32,000 bases of DNA, taken from assembly GCF_000179635.2 (NCBI RefSeq), contig NC_014833.1:3030001-3062000 (forward strand). Reading direction: 5' to 3'. The notes beneath the pieces are model-generated. The model had not been told where the DNA came from, searched no databases, and saw only the letters and a list, made by a program, of their open reading frames with translations. Below, one piece after another: positions 1 to 7,696 of the stretch. The stretch is from Ruminococcus albus 7 = DSM 20455. Lineage in GTDB: Bacteria > Bacillota > Clostridia > Oscillospirales > Ruminococcaceae. Positions within the stretch are counted from its first letter, which is position 1; every line of letters starts with the position of its first letter. A program made the position numbers and the translations under genes.

Positions 1-823
1 GACGGTTGAATTTGTAACAGTATTCGGCAGCATATAACGCTGTGTGGATCTTTTCGTTTCCGTGGTAAGTTCCCATGATCATTGCTTTGAAGTTTGATAT
101 AACTTTATGCATCCAATTCAGCTGACCGCTTGTCGGATCATATGTTTCAAAAACATGGAAGTATTTCTGTGCCAACGGTTTCTTGTAACTTCGAGCATTA
201 TCACTCTCGATCTTCGAGCCAGCGCGGATATTATCCCTGGCAAATCTACCCACAGTTATACCCTTTAAATTCGGCACATCTCTCATTTTAACGTACTCGG
301 GATTTCCTGCTGCGTTCTTCGATAAAGCTACGATCATCTTGACTTTTTCAGTACCTCTGCCGCGCTTTTTACCGTGAGTCGGAGCACCGAGATACGTGTC
401 ATCAAGTTCAACGATTCCGTCGAGCAAATAGCGTTCTTCACGGCATTTCATAGCTTTTCTGATGCGGTGAAGGATGTACCATGCAGTCTTGTAGGTCACC
501 CCCAAAGACCTCATCAGCGTAACAGCAGAAACACTGCATTTGTTGCTCATAATGAGGAATGCGGTGACTATCCACAGTCTGAGCGGAATATGTGTTCTGT
601 GCATAAAAGTTCCGTTTGTGGCGGATATATCTGCTTTACAGAACTTGCAGCGCAGCAGATGGCGTGACCTTATCCTGCGGTACTCAGAGCCACCGCAAAA
701 CGGGCAGGCAAAGCCCTTTTCAAAGCGGATATCAAGCAGAAAATCCTTGCAAAAGCTTTCATCTGCGAACTTTGAATATATCCCATCAAGTGTGATCTCA
801 GGTTTCGGAAATCTTTTTGACAT
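1..823 (-). CDS. IS1595-family (ISXO2-like) DDE transposase, C-terminal end cut by the window edge
   Basis: Not in the ORF track because no stop lies in the window. Hand translation from the ATG at 821-823 gives MSKRFPKPEITLDG..FACPFCGGSEYRR..LRCKFCKADIS (CxxC..CxxC zinc ribbon), ..LDGIVELDDTYLGAP.. and ..SKIESDNARSYKK... These motifs match my memory of IS1595 transposases. Confidence 0.7.
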   Translation of the reverse strand, partial: MSKRFPKPEITLDGIYSKFADESFCKDFLLDIRFEKGFACPFCGGSEYRRIRSRHLLRCKFCKADISATNGTFMHRTHIPLRLWIVTAFLIMSNKCSVSAVTLMRSLGVTYKTAWYILHRIRKAMKCREERYLLDGIVELDDTYLGAPTHGKKRGRGTEKVKMIVALSKNAAGNPEYVKMRDVPNLKGITVGRFARDNIRAGSKIESDNARSYKKPLAQKYFHVFETYDPTSGQLNWMHKVISNFKAMIMGTYHGNEKIHTALYAAEYCYKFNR

Positions 824-947
824 AGCGACAGCTCCTTTCGTTTCCTGTCACTATTATACTATATTTTCCGGTTTTTGAGGTCTGTTTATTTGGACAGCAT
901 TGTAAATTATCTGTGGTGTGTTAAAGGGATAACCATGTTTTGTTTAT

Positions 948-1121
948 ATGGAAGTCACTTCAAAAACTGCAATGTACGGAGAAGCAGGTGGTGATCTGGT
1001 AGTTGTAAAGGTCGAGGATAAAAATAAATGCTCGTGGGTGACTGATATGGCTACCGATACAGATGATGAACATATCCAAAAGGCTTTAGATGTGGCAAAA
1101 CAACTATACGGAAACGGATAA
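948..1121 (+). CDS. hypothetical small acidic protein (57 aa)
   Basis: Hand-read ORF MEVTSKTAMYGEAGGDLVVVKVEDKNKC..ALDVAKQLYGNG ending just before the RBS of the next gene. No convincing RBS, and below the track length cutoff. Confidence 0.25.
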   Translation: MEVTSKTAMYGEAGGDLVVVKVEDKNKCSWVTDMATDTDDEHIQKALDVAKQLYGNG

Positions 1122-1137
1122 AAAGGAGGGTCTTAGT

Positions 1138-2034
1138 ATGAAAAAAATACTAGCAATTTTACTATCAATGGTCATGGCAGGAATGGTTTTCGGTTCTTGC
1201 GGAAGTGAGGAACAAACTGAAACACAGGCTAAAACAACGGAGCAGGTTTCATCGGAGGATGATCAAAACAGAGAGCCGACAGAGAACGACTACAAGGAGC
1301 AGCTTAAAGCTATTTATGATGCTTTAAAAGATCATCCTTTCAGTAATGGAAATCCCATAGAAGAGATACGAATAGAATTGGGACGAGATACATATGACGG
1401 GGGGGATAAATATGAATCAGGAACAACAGAAGCGGATATTGTAAACACTGTAAATGGTATTTATGACAGTAAATTATCAGATTGTCATGTTTCTATTGAG
1501 TATAATACAACTAACAATTATAGTATTGACTCCATCAAAATAATTACTGATCGCGGAACAGAAGAAAACTATTGCTTAGTGTATTATCCCGAGACTGACA
1601 GATGCAATAATTTAGATTTAACCAATATAGCAAGGGAAATTGCGGCAGTAGGATATAATGTTTTTACTGGAAATATGGATACAATGAATGGAAAAATGGC
1701 TGAAATTGTAGATTTTTCAAATTCAGAAGCTAACAGTGAGATAGGGAATAAAATCGTTGAAAAATACAAAGCCGATAGTTATTTCGATTTTACTGGAAGG
1801 GCATTTGTATATAGTGAGGCTATATATAGTGGTGCAGTATGTACATATGATGATAATTGGTCATCTATGGAGTTTGCACCTTATGATTTTGAAACATACT
1901 TCAAATCTGATATTGAAAGCAAAGGATTATCTTTTGACGAAGCGTGTGAGTATCTTAGCAAAGATGATGTTGGAGTTTCGGCATATAAACAGTACAAAAC
2001 ACAGGAACTGAAAGATATGTTTGCAATAGAATAA
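1138..2034 (+). CDS. putative lipoprotein, unknown function
   Basis: Track ORF 1090..2034. The internal ATG at 1138 is preceded by AAAAGGAGGG. N-terminus MKKILAILLSMVMAGMVFGSCGSEE has a signal peptide with lipobox-like FGSC. Confidence 0.75.
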   Translation: MKKILAILLSMVMAGMVFGSCGSEEQTETQAKTTEQVSSEDDQNREPTENDYKEQLKAIYDALKDHPFSNGNPIEEIRIELGRDTYDGGDKYESGTTEADIVNTVNGIYDSKLSDCHVSIEYNTTNNYSIDSIKIITDRGTEENYCLVYYPETDRCNNLDLTNIAREIAAVGYNVFTGNMDTMNGKMAEIVDFSNSEANSEIGNKIVEKYKADSYFDFTGRAFVYSEAIYSGAVCTYDDNWSSMEFAPYDFETYFKSDIESKGLSFDEACEYLSKDDVGVSAYKQYKTQELKDMFAIE

Positions 2035-2160
2035 CGTCCAATAGATACTATTAGTGACTACTGCAATACAATGAGTGTGATAACTAATTATGATAATAAA
2101 CAATGTTGATATTTTTGCATTGCAATGATATCAATATAAATCTTAAATTACTAATTCAGA

Positions 2161-2331
2161 ATGGAGGTCGAAATAACTATGGAAGACGGAGTAGGAGTAT
2201 TGATCGGTTTGGTATGTGTTGCTTTAATACAGCTTATAATGGTCATAGCTATTCTAAGATTGTCGGATAACACAAAAGAGATATTAAGGATATTATCCGA
2301 CTGGGAAGAACGCAGCGAAAATAAAAAATAA
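2161..2331 (+). CDS. hypothetical small membrane protein (56 aa)
   Basis: Hand-read ORF MEVEITMEDGVGVLIGLVCVALIQLIMVIAILRLSD..EERSENKK with one hydrophobic helix, followed by a hairpin. Below the track cutoff. Confidence 0.35.
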   Translation: MEVEITMEDGVGVLIGLVCVALIQLIMVIAILRLSDNTKEILRILSDWEERSENKK

Positions 2332-2338
2332 ACCAAAA

Positions 2339-2372
2339 ACACTCCGCCTGACCGCAAACTCGGGTGGAGTGT
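2339..2372 (+). terminator. hairpin after the small membrane ORF
   Basis: ACACTCCGCC..GGGTGGAGTGT forms a ~10-bp stem (one G-T pair). The downstream T-run is weak. Confidence 0.35.
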
Positions 2373-2504
2373 ACTGTTTGTGTACTAACGATGTGATACG
2401 ATCAATTTTATTATACCACGATATGCAGCATTCATGCGCACGAAATACTACGTTTTGATACGATAGATATCGATATAGCACCAGAACAAATATGCTATTA
2501 CTTA

Positions 2505-2527
2505 TTCAAGTCCCGTTTGCCGCACCA
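2505..2527 (+). repeat. att core copy D, a 23-mer resembling a tRNA 3' end
   Basis: TTCAAGTCCCGTTTGCCGCACCA reads as T-loop, T-stem 3' half, acceptor 3' half and ACCA. The same 23-mer occurs at 10897, 13217 and 22480. This copy lacks the conserved 138-nt upstream block. Confidence 0.7.
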
Positions 2528-2535
2528 AAACAAAA

Positions 2536-2566
2536 CCTCGTAAACACAGCGTTTGCGAGGTTTTTT
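2536..2566 (+). terminator. intrinsic terminator immediately after the tRNA-like end
   Basis: CCTCGTAAAC-acagc-GTTTGCGAGG forms a 10-bp stem followed by TTTTTT. Confidence 0.6.
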
Positions 2567-2583
2567 CATGCCCAAAATCCAGG

Positions 2584-2606
2584 TTTGGACTTTATTTTGG
2601 ACCTTA
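2584..2606 (+). promoter_or_regulatory. putative integrase arm-type sites (tandem TTTGGACTTTA / TTTGGACCTTA)
   Basis: Tandem 11-mers fitting TTTGGNNNTTA. The same pair is present at 10976 and 13296, and in swapped order at the start of the 161-nt att blocks. Confidence 0.4.
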
Positions 2607-2621
2607 CCCGGGAAAAAGTGT

Positions 2622-2653
2622 CGGCGGGAGCCCTGTGTATAGAGCTCCCGCCG
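2622..2653. terminator. GC-rich hairpin between att and the integrase stop (bidirectional terminator candidate)
   Basis: CGGCGGGAGC..GCTCCCGCCG forms a 10-bp stem with a T-run on the plus side and an A-run on the other side. It lies 27 nt past the integrase stop. Confidence 0.5.
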
Positions 2654-2679
2654 ATTTTTGTTTGGGTGTTATTTGGGTG

Positions 2680-3893
2680 TTAGCCAGCTTCTTTCCCCTC
2701 TATGACATCTGCCATTATATTGCTCGCCCTGCGCTTGCTCTCCGCGAAGTAATGACTGTAAGTAGACATCGTAGTCACAGGCGTGCTGTGACCTAACATT
2801 GCAGCAACTGTGGTCGGATCAACTCCTGCTTCGATCTCGACCGATGCAAAGAAATGCCTGAAGCTGTGAAGTCCATAGAATGGGAAATTCCTGCGTTCAC
2901 ACTCTCGCATCAGCCATGTGTATGGCGTGTTCGGATGCATGGGCTGACCGTCCCATTTTGTGAACAGGCGGTCGTGTTCCTGCCACTCGTCTCCGAGATT
3001 GGCTTTGTAGCTATCCTGATCATGCTTGTATGCTTTCAGCAGACCGATGACAGCAGGCGGAAGATCGACCATCCGCGTGGATCTCTCTGTCTTTGTCGCA
3101 TCGGAGTATATACCCTTGTCTGCAGTGTAGTTTGAAGTGTGGTCGATCTTTACAGTGCCACGTTCAAAATCAATATTCTTCCATTCGATGCCAAGCAGTT
3201 CTCCACGCCTGCAACCCGTGTATATAGCCAGTGTGAAAAACACCTTGTATTTCATCGGCGCTTCACGAAGAATCTTCATGAACTCACGTGCCTGTTCTTT
3301 TGTGTAGATGTGCTTCTCGGGTTTCTTGTACGCTTTCCCGCTTGCATCTATTTTAGGTATCATGACTTTTGAACACGGATTTGTATTCACCATGTCCAGC
3401 CTTATCGCATACTCGAATATGGATGAGATATGAAAGATAAATGATGCCGCATTGTCTTTTGCGACAGCGGTTTTCCGTTGCGCTTGTTTGCACCCGGCTT
3501 TGCAAGTGAGTTGATGAATTTCTGAATGTCCCGCGCAGTTATCTTGTCTATGCGCAGATGTCCCAGCGCAGGAATGACCCTGTCTGCAATGAGATGTTCA
3601 CGCTGAAGTGTCGTACTGCGGTGATTGAGTTCAGCATATTCGGTCGCCCACATCTCAATTACTTTCTGGAACTTGACAGCCGCAGTCACCTGACCATGCG
3701 CGCACTCCTCCTCGAACAGTATCGCAATGCGCTGTACCTCTTTTTCAGCTTGTTTGACAGACATATTTTCAGGTGGTTTCCATGTCCTGAACCGAACCAT
3801 CTGCTTTCCGTGCACATCATAACCGCAGTACGCACGAATGCGGTATGATGTAACTTCACCTTTCTTGTTTTTACGTTTTTCAATGTACGCCAT
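2680..3893 (-). pseudogene. int: tyrosine recombinase/integrase, split by a +2 frameshift
   Basis: Track ORFs 3402..3893 (N-terminus MAYIEKRKNKKGEVTSYRIRAYCGYD..) and 2680..3393 (catalytic part ..YTGCRRGELLGIEW..LHSFRHFF..LGHS..TYSHYF). Copy 2 reads straight through this point. Copy 1 has GAGATATGAAAG where copy 2 has GAGATGAAAG, near 3429. Confidence 0.85.
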
Positions 3894-4001
3894 GTGTTTC
3901 GTCCTTTCGATTTATATTTGCCTGTCGGCAACGCCATTCTACCACAGACTGACGGGCATATCCAGTTGACACGCAAACGTTAATTTCTGCAACATCTTTT
4001 T

Positions 4002-4202
4002 CTACCGAACCACTAACTCGCCGTTCAGGTATTTGTGCAGTATCTCTTTGTTGATCAGATATTTTTTGCCCGCTTTGAAGCAAGGCAGTTCACCCGACCT
4101 GCACATCTCGCGGATGCGGTACTCTGTTAGTCCGTCCACAAGTGCAGCAGCTTCTTTTATCGTTAGCATAGTTATTTTATTTTCTGTTTTGGTTTCAGCC
4201 AT
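4002..4202 (-). CDS. excisionase-family helix-turn-helix DNA-binding protein
   Basis: 66 aa: ..MLTIKEAAALVDGLTEYRIREMCRSGELPCFKAGKKYLINKEIL... Small HTH protein directly upstream of int on the same strand. Confidence 0.75.
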   Translation of the reverse strand: MAETKTENKITMLTIKEAAALVDGLTEYRIREMCRSGELPCFKAGKKYLINKEILHKYLNGELVVR

Positions 4203-4320
4203 GTTGTTATCACTCTCCTTGATGTCTCATGAGTTCTGTCTTGTGATAAATTTGCTGTTCATTTTTGATCTTCCTCGTATAATAAAAGTAGTAGTTTTTA
4301 GAGTTCCTCTCCAAGAACTA

Positions 4321-4329
4321 TGGTATAAT
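4321..4329 (+). promoter_or_regulatory. extended -10 element TGGTATAAT
   Basis: TGnTATAAT lies ~190 nt upstream of the IS110 recombinase start and points toward it. Confidence 0.35.
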
Positions 4330-4334
4330 ATTGT

Positions 4335-4505
4335 TTAGATGCTGTGGATTGGTTTGATCTTCCTACCGTATGACGGTTTACGAAAGGCTCCGACCGCAGT
4401 CTCTATGCAATTTGTTGATCAGTTAGATACCGCCCGACGGTTTATTTAGAACGAGGTTACATTAGCGTAGAGTCTCTGTGGATCTAAACAGCATCAATAA
4501 TTTTT
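4335..4505 (+). ncRNA. candidate IS110 bridge RNA in the left non-coding end
   Basis: ~180-nt non-coding leader between the extended -10 and the recombinase RBS. Complementary segments: GTTTAGAT (4332) with ATCTAAAC (4482), and GATGCTG (4337) with CAGCATC (4489). Internal direct repeats: GACGGTTTA x2 and CTGTGGAT x2. The assignment rests on family knowledge, not on a fold I could verify. Confidence 0.3.
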
Positions 4506-4517
4506 GGAGGTATCATT

Positions 4518-5693
4518 ATGATCGTTGTTGGTATTGATGTGGCAAAGGACAAGCATGACTGCTTTATTGTTGATTCTGAAGGTACAGTACTCTTTGATGT
4601 GTTCACTATCCCAAACACTCTTGACGGCTTTAATATCCTGCTTGATAACATCAAGTCCGTTACCGAAAATTTTGACATAATAAAAGTAGGACTCGAGGCT
4701 ACGGGACATTACAGCTACAATCTGTTGGGATTTCTGTTGAACAACGGCCTGCCAACCTACGTTCTGAACCCTTTGCACACTAATCTTTACCGAAAAAGCC
4801 TTACACTTCGTAAAACGAAGACAGACAAGGCAGATGCGCGCGTGATTGCTTCTATGCTAATGTCTTGCGTAGACCTAAAGCCCTACACAAATACATTATA
4901 TCAGAGCGAAGAGCTAAAGTCAATGACCAGATACAGATTTGACAAGGTTTCCGAGCGTGCAAAGCTCAAGACCTCCGTATCAAGGCTTGTGACTATTCTC
5001 TTTCCCGAACTTGAAGCGCTCGTGCCTTCGCTGCACATGAAGTCTGTCTATACTCTTTTGAGCGAGTTTCCTTCAGCGCAGCATATCGCAAATGCTCACC
5101 TTACAAGGCTTGCCAATCTGCTTTCAGAGACTTCCAAAGGTCACTACGGCAAGGACAAAGCTATTCAGATCAGAGGTGCCGCAAGACGCTCTGTCGGCTC
5201 TGTAATGCCTGCAAAGTCGCTGGAACTCAGGCACACCATAAAGCTCATTGCTGACCTGACCGAGCAGATAGATGAGATAGAAACCGAGATAAAGAAGCTG
5301 GTCGATGCAACCGACACTACACTTCTGACCGTTCCCGGTCTCAGCTATTCAACTGTCGCTATGATCCTCGCAGAGGTCGGTGACTTTTCAAACTTCGCAA
5401 CACCCGACAAAGTACTTGCATTTGCGGGAATGTCGCCCTCTACATACCAATCGGGACAGCTGACGAATTGTTATGCCAAGATGGAAAAGCGCGGCTCAAA
5501 GTATCTTCGCTATGCTCTCTACAACGCTGCCAAATTCGTCTGCACCTGGGACAAGACATTCAAAGATTATCTCGCCAAGAAGCGAGCCGAGGGCAAACAT
5601 TACAATGTTGCATTATCTCACGCTGTCAAGAAACTCGTCAGACTCATTTTTGCTCTTGAAAAGTCTCATTCGCCATATCAGCCTGTTGTTTGA
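4518..5693 (+). CDS. IS110-family DEDD transposase/recombinase
   Basis: 391 aa with RBS GGAGG. N-terminus MIVVGIDVAKDKH and GLEATGHY. C-terminal part LLTVPGLSYSTVAMILAEVGDFSNF..FAGMSPSTYQSGQ is typical of IS110 (Transposase_20-like). Confidence 0.9.
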   Translation: MIVVGIDVAKDKHDCFIVDSEGTVLFDVFTIPNTLDGFNILLDNIKSVTENFDIIKVGLEATGHYSYNLLGFLLNNGLPTYVLNPLHTNLYRKSLTLRKTKTDKADARVIASMLMSCVDLKPYTNTLYQSEELKSMTRYRFDKVSERAKLKTSVSRLVTILFPELEALVPSLHMKSVYTLLSEFPSAQHIANAHLTRLANLLSETSKGHYGKDKAIQIRGAARRSVGSVMPAKSLELRHTIKLIADLTEQIDEIETEIKKLVDATDTTLLTVPGLSYSTVAMILAEVGDFSNFATPDKVLAFAGMSPSTYQSGQLTNCYAKMEKRGSKYLRYALYNAAKFVCTWDKTFKDYLAKKRAEGKHYNVALSHAVKKLVRLIFALEKSHSPYQPVV

Positions 5694-5721
5694 AATTTTT
5701 GTTAATCTTCATTTTTAGGGG

Positions 5722-5937
5722 TTGACTTTTGATAGTTAGTCTTTCTATTGAAATTTAGGGCTTGACGCCACGCAAAACCCGCGTACCTACGCACTTATCT
5801 CGCGATTTTTGAAATATTGACACCACACTTTTCAGCAATTTGCGTGATTGACACCAATTCCCGATACGCCAAAACCCCCGTAGAATGCGGTCGGCGTTGC
5901 CGTCCGCTGTGAGATTTGCGGCGAATTGACGCCGCAC
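5722..5937. repeat. array of five TTGAC(R)CC-type motifs (iteron-like)
   Basis: TTGACTTTT at 5722, TTGACGCCACGC at 5762, TTGACACCACAC at 5817, TTGACACCAATT at 5848 and TTGACGCCGCAC at 5926. Also TTTAGGGNTTGAC twice (5714 and 5754). Confidence 0.45.
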
Positions 5938-5949
5938 TTTAACCTGCAC
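5755..5949 (-). CDS. hypothetical basic 64-aa protein downstream of the RepA-like gene
   Basis: Track ORF with AGGAGG 7 nt upstream of a GTG start. Its coding sequence coincides with the TTGAC repeat array, so it may be spurious. Confidence 0.3.
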   Translation of the reverse strand: MQVKVRRQFAANLTADGNADRILRGFWRIGNWCQSRKLLKSVVSIFQKSRDKCVGTRVLRGVKP

Positions 5950-6163
5950 ATCGTTTCCTCCTGATATATCTGCCCGAATAATACGATACGGGTAAATATC
6001 GAATCATACTATTCCGCAACAATATCGCTCACAGCCGCGCACAAATCGCTTGTGTGGCGTTTTGTTGGCGTGGTGGACTAACTACCCGACAGGCGATATT
6101 TGTCGGGCACAAATCGGCTCACGTTCCGAGTTTCAACTCCGGCACCAGGATACCTCGCTTTTC

Positions 6164-7372
6164 TTAGATTTTTTGCCTTAATCTCGTGGCACTTCTAAGG
6201 ACAATATCCTCGAATGACATTCTCACGATAGGTACACGCTTGCCGTTGATGAGTACATACTCACTGCCTGAACCGTCACCCTCACGACCTTTGCCGTCAC
6301 CCACAGCTGAGCCGTCACCCTGCTCAGACAATGTATCTAAAGGCTTTTCGACACTTCGGGTGCCGGCTGGACAGCAGCTCTCGGGGTACAGCAACCTGCC
6401 GTCACTGCTGTCACCCGCTCGGTCGTAGGTCAGCTCCAGCCAACGTTTTCCGTGACTGCGTTTGATCTGGAATCGTATACCATAGCCATTCAACTCCTGC
6501 CAGTGCTGCATGAGTTTCTTGCTGACCATGTTGCTTGGCAAGTGCATACCGAATCGGTTTTCAAGTTCTGCACTCAACTCGGTCGCCGTTGCTGACAGCT
6601 TTTCTTTCTCCGACATCATGTCATGGACTGCGAACACAAAAGTATCGGGCGGCTTGTCCTCACGTTCATCAGTAAGTAACCAGCGTGCGCCCTTTCTCGC
6701 AAGGGACAATTCACTGTCTTCAATATCACGACCCGTCGCATACAGCACAGCCTGCCCGCCGCACCGCTTGTCCTTTTTCAGAACAAGCATACCGTCCACG
6801 CAACCATTCAGACCAGTGCTGCCCGAGATCATATTAAACGGATCGCTGTCCATCGCTTTACGCAGATGATGAACAAGAACTATGCTTATGTCAAGCTGTT
6901 CAGCCAGAGATTTCAGCGGTATCAACTCAGCATAGTCACTGCCGTAGCTGTTGTCCGTTTCGCTCCGCACCATCTGCAACGTATCGATGACCACCAGCCG
7001 CAGGTCATCATGCTCCGACTTGAACTTTACTATCTGTTCGCACAGACCATCGCTGATAGTATCCGCTTTCAGCGCAAAGTGAAGCTTCTCCGATGGCTCA
7101 TCGGTCAGTTCATACAACCGACTTTGTATCCTCTGCCAGCTGTCTTCGAGACAAAAATACAGCGCCGTACCTTGCCGTGTCGGACGTTCCAGCAGTTTTT
7201 CTCCTTTCGATATTGCAAGGCAAAGTTCCAGAGCCAACCACGATTTTCCGGCCTTGGGTGAGCCTGCAAGAATGTACAGTCCCTGTGAGATGAGACCCTC
7301 TACTGCGAACACTGTCGGCTTGTAGAGCGTGGTCATGATCTCCTCGCAGGATTTTGTTTTCAGTTCTCTCAA
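6164..7372 (-). CDS. RepA-like RecA-fold ATPase (AAA_25-type, replicative-helicase-like)
   Basis: 402 aa. Walker A LAGSPKAGKSW and Walker B LRLVVIDTLQ. TTG start preceded by AGGAGG with an 8-nt spacer. The C-terminal ~170 aa are unassigned. Confidence 0.8.
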   Translation of the reverse strand: MRELKTKSCEEIMTTLYKPTVFAVEGLISQGLYILAGSPKAGKSWLALELCLAISKGEKLLERPTRQGTALYFCLEDSWQRIQSRLYELTDEPSEKLHFALKADTISDGLCEQIVKFKSEHDDLRLVVIDTLQMVRSETDNSYGSDYAELIPLKSLAEQLDISIVLVHHLRKAMDSDPFNMISGSTGLNGCVDGMLVLKKDKRCGGQAVLYATGRDIEDSELSLARKGARWLLTDEREDKPPDTFVFAVHDMMSEKEKLSATATELSAELENRFGMHLPSNMVSKKLMQHWQELNGYGIRFQIKRSHGKRWLELTYDRAGDSSDGRLLYPESCCPAGTRSVEKPLDTLSEQGDGSAVGDGKGREGDGSGSEYVLINGKRVPIVRMSFEDIVLRSATRLRQKI

Positions 7373-7389
7373 TATATCGACCTCCTTTT

Positions 7390-7580
7390 CACTTGTATAA
7401 GGAAAGATGAACGTGTTTTGATACCCCTGCTTTACAGAATATTTAAAAACTTTTTATTTTTTGAACATTCAGCAGGGTATGAAATTGTTAGATGTGCAGA
7501 TCTGTTTTTCTCTTACTTGTATAGGGTAAGATGTCCGGTTTTTTACACCCCTTGTTTACAATAAATTTAAAATATTCTAT
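7390..7580. repeat. diverged ~123-bp tandem duplication in the repA upstream region
   Basis: CACTTGTATAAGGAAAGATGAACGTG..CCCCTGCTTTACA (7390) and CTTACTTGTATAGGGTAAGATGTCCGG..CCCCTTGTTTACA (7513). E2 has a single unit. Inverted repeat ATACCCCTGCT (7421) / AGCAGGGTAT (7471) flanks an AT-rich spacer. Confidence 0.5.
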
Positions 7581-7696
7581 GTTTTGCATATATTGAGTGG
7601 CCTTAAGTTGCCATTTATGCTGAAGTTAAATTGTGTATAGTATTGAGAAATCACTTAGTTAATTAATGTATTATGTTTTTATTTCTGAATCGATTA

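Larger units (their letters stand above)
4302..5727 (+). mobile_element. IS110-family insertion sequence (ends approximate)
   Basis: It interrupts the minus-strand repA/orf64/xis/int backbone in the opposite orientation. TTTTTAG occurs at both candidate edges (4295-4301 and 5712-5718). The size of ~1.4 kb is typical for the family. The exact ends are not determinable here. Confidence 0.5.

Noticed and set aside
2492-2683. Track ORFs spanning the att regions (2492..2683, 10875..11219, 10880..11116, 13200..13508).
   Set aside because: They run across the tRNA-like core, terminator hairpins and arm repeats, and have no RBS. They are spurious.
3686-4083. Track ORFs 3686..3976 and 3880..4083 (and 14589..14792) between int and xis.
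   Set aside because: They overlap the integrase N-terminus out of frame, or lie in the short int-xis spacer. They have no RBS.
6273-6320. Three copies of GGGTGACGG (minus strand), spaced 21 and 18 nt, inside the 3' part of the RepA-like gene, as possible embedded iterons.
   Set aside because: They are fully explained by a GDG..GDG..GDG low-complexity peptide (GDGSAVGDGKGREGDGSG). There is no independent support for DNA-level function.
6186-7293. Plus-strand ORFs opposite the RepA-like gene, with equivalents at 16895-18002. Similar shadow ORFs lie opposite tnpC (23618..24613, 28369..29227), int3 (26160..26720), int1/2 (2854..3372, 3558..3848), the XRE gene (30243..30698) and the toxin-like gene (19086..19310, 19710..19928, 20939..21163).
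   Set aside because: They are antisense shadows of genes that have clear family motifs. They have no RBS or motif support.
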